From: a virus
Taxonomy: Duplodnaviria; Heunggongvirae; Uroviricota; Caudoviricetes
Reading direction: 5' to 3' (one strand)
DNA length: 64,000 nucleotides
Virus record (IMG/VR): IMGVR_UViG_3300026484_000600
Shown here: one piece after another, positions 48,045 through 58,041 of the stretch
How the letters are laid out: each line of letters begins with the position of its first letter
How positions within the stretch are numbered: the stretch's first letter is position 1
Notes under the pieces: model-generated
Database searches by the model: none
Told to the model about the DNA's origin: nothing
The model's input: only the letters and a program-made list of their open reading frames with translations
Made by a program: the position numbers and the translations under genes

Positions 48045-48829
48045 TAAATTTCCTTTACACCTGCTAAATTTATTAATTTAGCTTTTGAAACGCCAAATTT
48101 TTTAGCAATTTCTTGAATTGAATAGCCTTCAAGAATCATAGAAGCTATTTCTTTTTGTGTTATATCTTCTAATTCATTAATATCAAATTCTTCTTCTATA
48201 TCAATATTATCAGCATCATCATTTAAGGCATCAAAGATATTAAAATCTTCATTGTCGCCGTTTTGAAAGCCACTTGCTGATGTAACAATTAGGTGTTGGC
48301 CATTATTGTACAGTTTATTAGCCATTTTTTGGGTGTATAAATTATATAATTCTTTAGTAAATTCTTTTTCACCATCTAAACTGTGTAATTCATTAAATTC
48401 CGGATCTTTAGTTACTTTTCTTTCTTGGAGTTGTTTGAAACTTTCATCATTCTTTCTTCTAAGCCAATTTTTTGCATCTACATTATTTTTGTATTTTGGT
48501 AACATTTCACACAAGTATAGATCGATTTGTCTTTCAATTCTGTTATGCGAGAAAGTAGTAAATTTTGCAGTATTAGCATCCCAATCTCTATATGCCCATG
48601 CAAGACCTATGTTTGCTGCTCCGATCAAATCTTCATATGAAACGCTTGCATTACAAAAAACTTTATATTTGTTCGCTATTTTATACTTCATACCTTCAAC
48701 AGATTTGTAAGCCTCCTCCATACTCATAGTTTTATAACCACTAGCAGTAACTTTTTCCCCTTTTTTTAAACGTCCTCTTCTTTTCTTTGGAGGTGTATTT
48801 AAATTAGGTTCGGGTTGAGTAATATTCAT
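48044..48829 (-). CDS. Sigma-70 family RNA polymerase sigma factor (regions 2 and 4)
   Basis: Region 2 DLIGAANIGLAWAYRDWDANTAKFTTFSHNRIERQI (DLIQEGxxGLxxAxxxFDP..FSTYAxxxI pattern). C-terminal HTH ILEGYSIQEIAKKFGVSKAKL. Confidence 0.6.
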   Translation of the reverse strand: MNITQPEPNLNTPPKKRRGRLKKGEKVTASGYKTMSMEEAYKSVEGMKYKIANKYKVFCNASVSYEDLIGAANIGLAWAYRDWDANTAKFTTFSHNRIERQIDLYLCEMLPKYKNNVDAKNWLRRKNDESFKQLQERKVTKDPEFNELHSLDGEKEFTKELYNLYTQKMANKLYNNGQHLIVTSASGFQNGDNEDFNIFDALNDDADNIDIEEEFDINELEDITQKEIASMILEGYSIQEIAKKFGVSKAKLINLAGVKEI

Positions 48830-48895
48830 AATTGATTCTATCCATTTGTATTTTTTCCATATATAAAGTTATATGGTACTTTTTTAGTAGTAATT

Positions 48896-48915
48896 TAATT
48901 ATTATACAAAATTAA
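48896..48915 (-). promoter_or_regulatory. Extended -10 promoter-like motif (minus strand TTTTGTATAATAAT) upstream of the sigma-factor gene
   Basis: + strand ttaattattatacaaaatta. Same motif family as at 14152, 15177, 36046, 55099, 60871 and 63636. Confidence 0.35.
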
Positions 48916-48940
48916 TAATTAAAGGTAAACGAAAAGGTTT

Positions 48941-49126
48941 TTATCTTAAAGAAGGTGGGACCAAATCCTTAACTTGCTTTAAATATCGTTCATCAAATAA
49001 AATTGATGATGCTGTTAAACGATGGGAAATATTACGTTTTTTAAGTTCTTTAACTAAATCAGTTTTCTCATTATCAGAAAACTTATTAAGTGAAATTTTT
49101 TGAAATCTTATATTTTCTAAAGACAT
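48941..49126 (-). CDS. Hypothetical protein
   Basis: 61-aa ORF. Confidence 0.3.
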   Translation of the reverse strand: MSLENIRFQKISLNKFSDNEKTDLVKELKKRNISHRLTASSILFDERYLKQVKDLVPPSLR

Positions 49127-49189
49127 AATGCTATCTCCTATTGGTCTATACTTATTTATGTGGGGAATATCCCCACTATTAAAAAAATC

Positions 49190-50404
49190 CTAGTCGATTG
49201 AGAGTTTTTTAACTCTTTTTACGATTCTTCTAAAGATTTCTTTTTGAGGTGTAATTTCTGCAAGATTATCGTATCTTTTAGAATTATTCTCTTCATCCTC
49301 AACTTGAATTTCTTTAATAACTGCTGCCAACTGTTCAATTGGTAATGCATGTAGATAACAAATTAAAGGTTTTGCATCTTCAAACTTAACTTTGCCTTCA
49401 TCATTAAGATATTTTTCTACTAAGTTGGCACTTAATTCTTTTAGAAGTGGAATTTCCAATTCATTAATCTCTTTTGCAATTTTTTTAGCTACCATATCAC
49501 ATGCTTCAACTGTAGCATCGCCATATTTTTTAACAGCTGAAGGCCATGCTTTTTTAGTAATTTTTTCAATATCTTCAACAGAAACAATTACAGAGTTTTC
49601 TTTATAATATGTCATAAATTGAGCACCAACTGTATAACCGATTTTACCAGTAATAAGATTATGCATCAATGCTTGATTGTCAATATTTTTATCTTCATAT
49701 GAAAGAAGGAGCTCACTTAATTTTGTCCAACTTCTTGGTGTTGGAAAGATTGCCGCATTTTCATCACGTACATACAACTTATCTTTACTATTGGCGATAT
49801 AACTGATAATAGTTTTATGTACTCCATTTTCAGAAGCCCAATCTAACCAACTATCGGCATTTACTGTAAGTTTAAAATGTAAAAATCTATCCATTAGTGC
49901 TGGATCAAGTTCATCAACTTGATAGAAACCATCTGCAGGATTAACTGCTGCAACGACAAATGATTGGAAAGCTACCCCATTTACAACGGTGTCTGGCAGT
50001 TTATGTTCATGAATCATTTTATCAAGTACAAGTTGTAGAGCAGCTTGTCTTACTTCAGTTTGTGCTCTATTTAATTCGTCTAAGAATAGAATAGTTCTTT
50101 GTCCTCTTGCAGCTGCTTCTTCCATTCTATGAAGCCAAATAGGTTTTGACCATGTTGTAAGTGGTTGTCCATTTTCATCTCTCTCAAGTGTTGGAATACC
50201 AATTAAATCGGCAACTTCTTGGTGTGATAGAAATAAAGGTTCCACATGAAAATTGTTTTTCTTAGCAAATGCATAAACACTTTCAGATTTACCAATACCA
50301 TGATCACCTTCAACAATAACAGATACACTTGTATCACACGCTACTTTATACAGATTCTCTAATTGAGAACTATTTTCAAACTTACTTGCATTTAATTGAC
50401 TCAT
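49190..50404 (-). CDS. AAA+ ATPase (MoxR/AAA_5-like)
   Basis: Walker A VEGDHGIGKSE. Walker B ILFLDELNRA. Sensor region QAALQLVLDK. Confidence 0.55.
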   Translation of the reverse strand: MSQLNASKFENSSQLENLYKVACDTSVSVIVEGDHGIGKSESVYAFAKKNNFHVEPLFLSHQEVADLIGIPTLERDENGQPLTTWSKPIWLHRMEEAAARGQRTILFLDELNRAQTEVRQAALQLVLDKMIHEHKLPDTVVNGVAFQSFVVAAVNPADGFYQVDELDPALMDRFLHFKLTVNADSWLDWASENGVHKTIISYIANSKDKLYVRDENAAIFPTPRSWTKLSELLLSYEDKNIDNQALMHNLITGKIGYTVGAQFMTYYKENSVIVSVEDIEKITKKAWPSAVKKYGDATVEACDMVAKKIAKEINELEIPLLKELSANLVEKYLNDEGKVKFEDAKPLICYLHALPIEQLAAVIKEIQVEDEENNSKRYDNLAEITPQKEIFRRIVKRVKKLSID

Positions 50405-50466
50405 TTTTTAATTCCTTATATTGTTTTTGAATAATGTATTATAATCTAAACTATCTTAATTTAAGA

Positions 50467-50913
50467 TTAAAATTTATCTTTGTTTTTTTTGATATATATC
50501 AATAATTCATTAAGAATATCTTGCTGGTTTCTAAAAATCATAGGTAAATCGTCTATATCAAAGAATTGAATATAATCATTTTCATCATCATGGTATTCAA
50601 CAACCCCATCATTTCTAATTTTTGATTTATTATGGTCTGTATCAAGAACTGTTGCAGGCCAAATATGAATTAATTTTTTTGGATTATTCTGTGTAAAAAA
50701 CAACTCTTTATCTATCAATTCAATATCTAGATCGCCGCTTTCTTCTGCAAATTCACGTAATGCGGCATTTAAATCCGTTTCATTATTTTCTACCTGGCCT
50801 TTTAAAAACCCCATACCATAGAAACCACCATTGATTGGTTGTCCTAAAAGAATTTCTATGTGTCCATTATTATTTCTTATTGGTACAATACCACAAGATG
50901 TCACCTTAACCAT
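50467..50913 (-). CDS. Nudix hydrolase (second copy)
   Basis: Nudix box GFLKGQVENNETDLNAALREFAEESG. Confidence 0.65.
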   Translation of the reverse strand: MVKVTSCGIVPIRNNNGHIEILLGQPINGGFYGMGFLKGQVENNETDLNAALREFAEESGDLDIELIDKELFFTQNNPKKLIHIWPATVLDTDHNKSKIRNDGVVEYHDDENDYIQFFDIDDLPMIFRNQQDILNELLIYIKKNKDKF

Positions 50914-50922
50914 TTTATCTCC

Positions 50923-51570
50923 TTATTTTGTTGCTAAATCTGGATTTTCAATTTGTATATCTTCTAATTTAGTAAAGTAATCAGTATTTTGGATTTCTTC
51001 AAAATATTTTTTAACTTCATCTATGCTAAACGCCACTTTATTAGTAATACCCGACTTAATATCATCTTCTGCCTCTTTAGATATAACTTCACCTTTATCA
51101 CTTGTATCCGTTTTTTTCTTTTTAAAATTTGAAGATTTGTCATCATTTGAGTTTTTAATTTCATTATTTTTTAAAGCCTTATAGACACCGGCCATTTTTT
51201 CTGCTAATCTATGTAGTCTAATTAGTTTGTTGTATGTAGCCATTTGTGCATCGATAAAAATACCATACGAAATATATTCCTCAGGTTTATTTTTTGCTTT
51301 TGAAACCTTTTCAACGTATACTTCATTTTCAGCATCAGGGTAACGTTTATCAAAAGATATAATGTCTGCAAACCGTTTATTTTTAAGTTTATTTACCTTT
51401 TCGAATCTTATAACTTTATTATCCCAATCTTTAACACGATATTCTACGTATTTAATACTTAAACCTAATATTTTCTGCTTTGATCTATCTATTTTTGGAT
51501 TTTGTATAACGAAGTAAGATTTAAATGGATCTTGTTTCCAAGCATTTTCAATTGTAAGCTTATTAACCAT
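50923..51570 (-). CDS. Hypothetical protein
   Basis: 215-aa ORF. Confidence 0.4.
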   Translation of the reverse strand: MVNKLTIENAWKQDPFKSYFVIQNPKIDRSKQKILGLSIKYVEYRVKDWDNKVIRFEKVNKLKNKRFADIISFDKRYPDAENEVYVEKVSKAKNKPEEYISYGIFIDAQMATYNKLIRLHRLAEKMAGVYKALKNNEIKNSNDDKSSNFKKKKTDTSDKGEVISKEAEDDIKSGITNKVAFSIDEVKKYFEEIQNTDYFTKLEDIQIENPDLATK

Positions 51571-51627
51571 AATTATCCTTTTATTTTTGATAATTATATT
51601 AAAATAAAACTTAATTTTAAATAAATA

Positions 51628-52065
51628 TTAATCTACATTACATATTTTAGCTATTAATTGAGGATTTGACCATTTCGATCGAGCTAATGGTGAAAATGTA
51701 ATATCTTTTATAGAATTAAGATATATTTCATAGCCATAAGCTAATATTTCAGTATCATTTTGTACAATGATACTTTCGATTATAAAATCATGAGCTTGAT
51801 TAGTAACTCTTAGAAAGTTATTTAACATTTTTATCATAATACGTATATTATCTAATGGTTTTGTATTATAAGGTATTAAAATATGTCTAGGGTTTTTTTG
51901 CTGTAATTTAATCAGCTCATTGAATTCAATGTTTTTATTTAGTAAAATTGTTTCCTCAAAGGTACATACTATATCAAAAATAACTGATTCATGCTTAATC
52001 ATTGTATTGTCATTAATAGTCTCGAAAATCACAGTTACATTATTGTAATATTTTTTCAATCTCAT
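51628..52065 (-). CDS. Hypothetical protein
   Basis: 145-aa ORF. Confidence 0.4.
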   Translation of the reverse strand: MRLKKYYNNVTVIFETINDNTMIKHESVIFDIVCTFEETILLNKNIEFNELIKLQQKNPRHILIPYNTKPLDNIRIMIKMLNNFLRVTNQAHDFIIESIIVQNDTEILAYGYEIYLNSIKDITFSPLARSKWSNPQLIAKICNVD

Positions 52066-52074
52066 AATTTACCT

Positions 52075-53262
52075 TTAAGGAGTATTATCAATACAAATAA
52101 AAATTTTTTTGTTTGGGTCATTGAATACTCTAACATATATATCATTTAAACTACTAAATGGCGAGTTATTAGCTATATCACATAGATAATCTTTAAACTC
52201 ATTGTCATAAATCGATTGATCAATAGCATTATTACTATATCCTTCTTTACCAAAATATCCACCAATAAGTTCAAATCCATACGTCTGAGGATTTTTAAGA
52301 ATAGTATTAAGAAGTATTGGTAAACGTTCTTTATACATAGTTAATTCCTCATATTCAGTATTTAGACGTAGAGTATCATTATATTTTTCAGCTTCTTCAA
52401 CATTTGCATATCTATTAGAAATTGAAAATATTGTGTTGAATCTATATGAAACTAAGGCAGATTTTAGATTTTTTTCAACCCAATCTGTAATTTTTTGAAA
52501 ATTATCAAACCAATAGTAGTAGTTTATTTTTATTATTATTTCATCGAAATAACCATTAGTAAAGTATTCGTTTGCTATAATGTTTAGATACCTATCATTA
52601 TTAGAATCATAAATATCATAATCATTAATAGTCAACGCGAATGAAAATTTTTCCCAATATTTACTAGATATAGAATTAAATGGTTCAAACCAAAAAGTAT
52701 TAGTATCGTATGATATGTTGTTGCTTGCATTATACGCTTTTAGCATCTCTTTTTGATTTGTATTTGATGTATCATTCCATAATTTAAATATTGATATAAT
52801 ATCTTCAATTATAATTTTATGAACTGGATTATTTGTATCGTCAGCATAGTATAAAAAAATATCATCTAAATATTGATCCCATAATTCTTCAGTAACGGTA
52901 TTGTATGATAGAGCTTCAACTACTAATGGTAATTTATATTCTAATTCATTGATTTGGTTATTTAATATACTCAAATTGGTAGCATTAGGAATTATTATCG
53001 AGTCAGTAATATAATCTTTAATATTATCATAGTTATATTCGCCACTTGTTAAGTAATGCATAATAGGATCTGTTGAAAATTCCCTAATATTAATCATATC
53101 TTCAGAATCAACAAAGCTCTTAATAGTATTTAAAAAAAAACTTCTAATTAATATTGTATTGGACAAAATACTATCTGCGTTATCTCCATAAAGAGGTATT
53201 AAAACCTCTTCGTACAATGTACTTGTATTATTATTTGAGTCTGCTATCTGTGTAATTGCCAT
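52075..53262 (-). CDS. Hypothetical protein
   Basis: 395-aa ORF, Asn/Tyr-rich. Confidence 0.45.
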   Translation of the reverse strand: MAITQIADSNNNTSTLYEEVLIPLYGDNADSILSNTILIRSFFLNTIKSFVDSEDMINIREFSTDPIMHYLTSGEYNYDNIKDYITDSIIIPNATNLSILNNQINELEYKLPLVVEALSYNTVTEELWDQYLDDIFLYYADDTNNPVHKIIIEDIISIFKLWNDTSNTNQKEMLKAYNASNNISYDTNTFWFEPFNSISSKYWEKFSFALTINDYDIYDSNNDRYLNIIANEYFTNGYFDEIIIKINYYYWFDNFQKITDWVEKNLKSALVSYRFNTIFSISNRYANVEEAEKYNDTLRLNTEYEELTMYKERLPILLNTILKNPQTYGFELIGGYFGKEGYSNNAIDQSIYDNEFKDYLCDIANNSPFSSLNDIYVRVFNDPNKKIFICIDNTP

Positions 53263-53310
53263 TTATAATCCTACTGATATTTTTACTTTATTTATTCCTA
53301 CGATCAAATA

Positions 53311-54684
53311 TTATTTGGCAAATTTCTTTTTGACTTCTTTTAGTTCATTTATAAAAATATTTTTTTGAAGATCTACATCATCTATAATTTTGTTATATTC
53401 TGTATTTTGTTCTTCTAATTCAGCAATTTTTGTTTTAGCTTTATCATATTCTTCTTCTGTAAATCTATAAACTGGTAAAGATGCGATATATTCTATATCA
53501 ACAACATCGATACTTTCAATAAATTTTATTAAATCTGCTTTATTTTTAATATTTTTAGCTTGTCCACCTAAATTATTATCGATTGCCAAAACTATATCAT
53601 TTAATCTACTAATTTCTGCTAGATTTAGTTGTATAAATCGTTCATATCTTCTTGGAAAAAAGCTCAATCTCCATTCTGTATAATCTTTAATAAATTGTGC
53701 AGCATCATCATATTCTACTACGGCTTTAGATTCTTCTGAATCTAAAACAATTATTCTTTCAGTCATTCCTGCAGAAAGTTTTAATTTTCTTGCAGCAAAC
53801 TCACCATTTTTATTTTTAAGAGCTGCACGTTTAAAGTTTACTGTTATGTCAATATCAGTTTTAGATTTATCTGTGTAGTCAACAATTTGCCCTTTATCAA
53901 CCATTTTCGCTAATGATTCAACAACCTTAGCATGTGTCATCCCAAATGGCAATTTAGTAATTTTTGCACTACTAGTATCAATAATTTCACACTCACCTAA
54001 GAATGTATATTTATTAGGGTTATCCTCATGTCGAATAGCCCAGTTATCAATGGGTTTAGAGTATGGTAAAGGATTATCAATCTTTTGACCTTTTAATACT
54101 TTTATTTGTCTATCAATTACGTCTTTAGGGTCTCTAGGTAAAATCGTTGTAGAATAACCTGTGGCAATACCCTGAATACCATTCAATAATAGAAGAGGAA
54201 TTAATGGAAGTAGTAACGTTGGTTCCATATCCGTTTCATCATATGTTGGTTGTAATTCTACAATCTCCCAATCTTTAAATATTACTTCTTTTGCAAATGA
54301 ACTAAATTTCGCTGATACATATCTTGGACTACCAAATGCTGTTGGATTAATTCTTGTTCCAAATGCACCATGACCATCAAAAAATGAAATATTATTACAG
54401 TATGGTCCAGCCATCTGATTTATTGAATCTGCTATTGAAGCGTCACCGTGTGGGTGAATACTCATAACTTGACCGGTTAGTTTTGCAACTTTTTCATATT
54501 TGCTAGTTCCTCTTAATTGCCAAAGACATCTTTGTTGAACAGGTTTCATTCCATTAAAGAAAGGTATTGCTCTTTGCTGTAATGTATAAATTGCAAAACT
54601 TCTATGTTCTGCTTCAAGATAGGAACTTACTTTTTCACTACCTATATTTTCTATTATTTCTGGTACATTAAAAATTTCACTCAC
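53311..54684 (-). CDS. DNA topoisomerase II medium subunit (T4 gp52 / GyrA-ParC N-terminal breakage-reunion domain)
   Basis: NGMKPVQQRCLW matches gp52 DGFKPVQRFVI. FFDGHGAFGTR...PRYVSAKFS...LLLNGIQGIATGYSTTILPR matches gp52 LLDGQGNFGSR...SRYIFARVS...VLLNGVSGIATGYATYILPH. 457 aa. Confidence 0.8.
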   Translation of the reverse strand: MSEIFNVPEIIENIGSEKVSSYLEAEHRSFAIYTLQQRAIPFFNGMKPVQQRCLWQLRGTSKYEKVAKLTGQVMSIHPHGDASIADSINQMAGPYCNNISFFDGHGAFGTRINPTAFGSPRYVSAKFSSFAKEVIFKDWEIVELQPTYDETDMEPTLLLPLIPLLLLNGIQGIATGYSTTILPRDPKDVIDRQIKVLKGQKIDNPLPYSKPIDNWAIRHEDNPNKYTFLGECEIIDTSSAKITKLPFGMTHAKVVESLAKMVDKGQIVDYTDKSKTDIDITVNFKRAALKNKNGEFAARKLKLSAGMTERIIVLDSEESKAVVEYDDAAQFIKDYTEWRLSFFPRRYERFIQLNLAEISRLNDIVLAIDNNLGGQAKNIKNKADLIKFIESIDVVDIEYIASLPVYRFTEEEYDKAKTKIAELEEQNTEYNKIIDDVDLQKNIFINELKEVKKKFAK

Positions 54685-54727
54685 TTTTACTCCTTGTGAT
54701 ATATTATAGTTATTTTACAATTTTTTT

Positions 54728-55081
54728 TTAAATGGCGTATTCGGGATAATCAATTATAAGTTTTTCAAAGGTTTGTTTGATATTTTTAAATGTATTTGGA
54801 AAGAAGAATTCACCACCATTCTCTTTCAATTCGGCTAATTTTAAAGAATTAAGGATTATTGCAGCATGATTTTTATTTTTAAATTTTAATTTTTTATCAA
54901 TCTTGAATCTATTACCCTCAAATTCGATATAATTAGATGACTCATTAATCCAAAAATTTATAGATTTGTCGCTGTCATCAAATAAAAAATATCCTTCCTT
55001 AAAGGGTAGAGTGGTGCCATTGGCATAAGATATTTCCGGGGATTTATTTATTGTTTTGTTTGAGCATAGAATATAAAACAT
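54728..55081 (-). CDS. Hypothetical protein
   Basis: 117-aa ORF immediately downstream of an extended -10-like motif. Confidence 0.4.
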   Translation of the reverse strand: MFYILCSNKTINKSPEISYANGTTLPFKEGYFLFDDSDKSINFWINESSNYIEFEGNRFKIDKKLKFKNKNHAAIILNSLKLAELKENGGEFFFPNTFKNIKQTFEKLIIDYPEYAI

Positions 55082-55131
55082 TAATAACCTTTTTATATTT
55101 ATTATACAAAAAGGTAAGAAATGTTTAATGA

Positions 55132-55932
55132 TTAAACTGCAGAAAGAAGCATTAAAATTATAGATTGAGTTCCAGCACCTAATGTACTCAAACGTTTTTG
55201 ATTTTTATTTTTATCAATATAATATAGTTCAGATTTTTCATGATCCATTTTTATATCAACTAACTCATCATCTAACAACTCGTTACCACCAGGCATTTGA
55301 TTTATAAAGTTTATTAAATTCTTTGCATCATTGAATTTTTGTAGAAGTGATTCAATAGCCAAAATATCATAGATTTTAAAATAATCGGATAAAGCAGTAA
55401 TACTATTCCAAGATTCTATTTCTTGAAGATTTAATAATTTTTTAATTTTTAAATATTTTTCAATATTAGAAAAATCTCTTGCTTCTTTTGATAGGTAGAT
55501 GATCGGTCCCATTGGCTTAGCTTTATTAGGAAAATCAATAACAAGATCATATACTTTTCCATTTTCTAATCTATATTCTAATTTGTAAAATGCAACTTTT
55601 ACAATTTCATCTCTTGATGAATAAGTAATATTACCTTCAAATGTTTGATCATCAAAAGTATTATTTAGGATTGTTTCTAAAATTTCTTCATCGGACATTT
55701 CTTCATCGGGTAATGAATTGAATTTTTGAATAATTTTTAAATTCATAAAAAAAGTACTAGCCCATAGAAGTTTATTTGTCAGACTTTTACCAACATTATT
55801 TTCGCCCGATATTAGATTTAATGCTCTCATTTCCATTTTAGCTGTTAAATTCATAGGTTTAGTTAAATTATAATCGGCTTCACTAAAGCCAGAAAATTCA
55901 CCAATTTCTTCATCAAAAGTTTTATCGCTCAT
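55132..55932 (-). CDS. P-loop NTPase-like protein (AAA_15/ABC-like Walker A only; possibly degenerate or fragmentary)
   Basis: ALNLISGENNVGKSLT Walker-A-like element. No clear Walker B or D-loop. 266 aa. Confidence 0.35.
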   Translation of the reverse strand: MSDKTFDEEIGEFSGFSEADYNLTKPMNLTAKMEMRALNLISGENNVGKSLTNKLLWASTFFMNLKIIQKFNSLPDEEMSDEEILETILNNTFDDQTFEGNITYSSRDEIVKVAFYKLEYRLENGKVYDLVIDFPNKAKPMGPIIYLSKEARDFSNIEKYLKIKKLLNLQEIESWNSITALSDYFKIYDILAIESLLQKFNDAKNLINFINQMPGGNELLDDELVDIKMDHEKSELYYIDKNKNQKRLSTLGAGTQSIILMLLSAV

Positions 55933-55986
55933 TTTAATACCTTTTTTAATTCAATAATGTAATTATATCTGAACGAAACTTAATAT

Positions 55987-56880
55987 TTAATAAAGGTTAT
56001 TTAAATCTATTATTTCGATAGAAACATTGGTATTTTCAGATTTATATCCTAATGGATTTGATACCATCCATGTATTATTAACTTTCCATTCATATTTTGT
56101 ATGAGTGTGTCCAAAAATCCATAATTTAGGAGCTTTTTCATTCCAGAGGTAATGTTCCCCATCAAAATAATAAAAACCTGTATCAATATTCATATATTTT
56201 GATTCTAAATTGGGTGGAATAGCTGGACCGAAATGTGAAACAAAAATATCAACCTCATCAATTATTTTTAACAATTTGTCTTTTTCTGATTCAAAAAATA
56301 GTAGTGGATCGAAAGTATAAATTTTAGTTTTCCCGTATGAATACATCGATCTAACTTCATTCAAACCTAAGTGGTCAGTACCATAAATATAGTTGGCATC
56401 ATTCATAACCTGTTTCCATTTTTGTAACATATGAAAATCATTCATATTAAAATTTTTTTTGCCATATGAATAGTCATACCACATTGCACACCCACCTATT
56501 TTAATTCCGTCTACATCAATTATATTACCATCTAAAAATTCAACATCATCAATATCATTGCATATTTGTTTCATTTCAGCAATTTTATTAATAGAAATCT
56601 TATAATCATGGATTTGTTTATTTGAAATTAAATATAAATCGTGATTGCCATACGTAACAAATATCTTTTTAAATAATTTTAATTCTGTTAGTTTCATAAG
56701 GAGTTTTTTAAATTGTTGATTGTAATGTGAGTTATCCCCAGCAATAATAAGGATGTCGGCTTTTTTAGGCTTTAAAACATATGATATAAATTCATCTAAT
56801 TGTTTATTTTCTTTTTGTCCAGTTAATTTAATAGAAATCCAAAAATCGAGATGTATATCTGAAATAAATGCTATTGTCAT
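55987..56880 (-). CDS. Calcineurin-like metallophosphoesterase
   Basis: Motifs SDIHLD, IIAGDNSH, GNHDLY and IFGHTH. Confidence 0.6.
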   Translation of the reverse strand: MTIAFISDIHLDFWISIKLTGQKENKQLDEFISYVLKPKKADILIIAGDNSHYNQQFKKLLMKLTELKLFKKIFVTYGNHDLYLISNKQIHDYKISINKIAEMKQICNDIDDVEFLDGNIIDVDGIKIGGCAMWYDYSYGKKNFNMNDFHMLQKWKQVMNDANYIYGTDHLGLNEVRSMYSYGKTKIYTFDPLLFFESEKDKLLKIIDEVDIFVSHFGPAIPPNLESKYMNIDTGFYYFDGEHYLWNEKAPKLWIFGHTHTKYEWKVNNTWMVSNPLGYKSENTNVSIEIIDLNNLY

Positions 56881-56931
56881 AGTCGTCTCCTGTATAATTG
56901 TAATTATACAGAAACCAACCTTAAACTATTA

Positions 56932-57993
56932 TTATTTAGTGAATCTAATAGTAATCCAACCACCAGCATTACCGATTGAAACTGTAGCATTTGATCCAGC
57001 TATTGATTCAATTTTATCTTGAATTTCTGCCTTGTACTGTTTTACTTGTTTCCCCCATGCAGTTTTAGTTCCTGTCCATGAATCCGGTACTTCACTTGCT
57101 TTTAATCCCTCTAAACCTAATGATTTAACTACTTTATCAAGGTGTAACTGAACAAGAACTGTAACTTTACCATGTCTGTAAGAATCAATTTTAATTACAT
57201 AATCATTTTTTGGTAATGATTCCCCGGCCATTTTACGATTTAACATTTCTTTAGCTTTTTCTTTAGCATTTCTTGCTGCTTTAGACATAGGCTTAATTAA
57301 TACATCGATAATATATTTTTTAGCTTCTTCCTCTGATTTTGGAATGAATGGTTCTTTTAATCCAAATTCTTTACAAATTTTCGCAGTTTTATTTCTAGCT
57401 TCAACTACAACTTTTGCTGCATCAGTTGCATATTTTTCTATTTTATTTTCTGCCGATTTAACTGTGTAAACTTTATCTTTAATTTTTATAGCAAAAAGAT
57501 TAGTTAAAGTTAATGTTTTATAGTCGCCAGGTGTTTGACTAGCTTTATAAGTAATTTGGTTGGGCGATAATGTTTTAGGTTTAGATTTACCTTCTGCTTC
57601 ATTTTTCTTTATAATTTCTAAATCTGCTTTAGTAATATTATAAACGCTGTCTTCAATAGGTTTACCGCCTTTATATATTCCTTTTGCAGTATCTTTAATA
57701 CGTTGTTCTTTTTTGCCTCTACCTGTTAAATATCTTACTTTTGCTATTAATTCGGCTCTAGTTTTTGGATTTTTTTTCATAGCATCCTTAATGATTTTTC
57801 TTGCTTTTTCACGTAATACTTTAAGTGATTTAACGTACACTATGTTTTCATTACTTGTAGTTGCAATATTTCTAGCCTCTAATAATTCTAATTCGTCTAC
57901 TATATTTTCAAGTAAATCCGATTCCTCAAGTTCTAAGATAAATCCTTCATCAATTTCCAATGAGTTATCCATAATGACATCTATCAATTTCAT
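56932..57993 (-). CDS. Lys-rich hypothetical protein
   Basis: 353-aa ORF. Confidence 0.45.
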   Translation of the reverse strand: MKLIDVIMDNSLEIDEGFILELEESDLLENIVDELELLEARNIATTSNENIVYVKSLKVLREKARKIIKDAMKKNPKTRAELIAKVRYLTGRGKKEQRIKDTAKGIYKGGKPIEDSVYNITKADLEIIKKNEAEGKSKPKTLSPNQITYKASQTPGDYKTLTLTNLFAIKIKDKVYTVKSAENKIEKYATDAAKVVVEARNKTAKICKEFGLKEPFIPKSEEEAKKYIIDVLIKPMSKAARNAKEKAKEMLNRKMAGESLPKNDYVIKIDSYRHGKVTVLVQLHLDKVVKSLGLEGLKASEVPDSWTGTKTAWGKQVKQYKAEIQDKIESIAGSNATVSIGNAGGWITIRFTK

Positions 57994-58041
57994 TTTTAAC
58001 CTCTTTTTTATTTTTATTTTTATTTATATTATAAATTCAAA

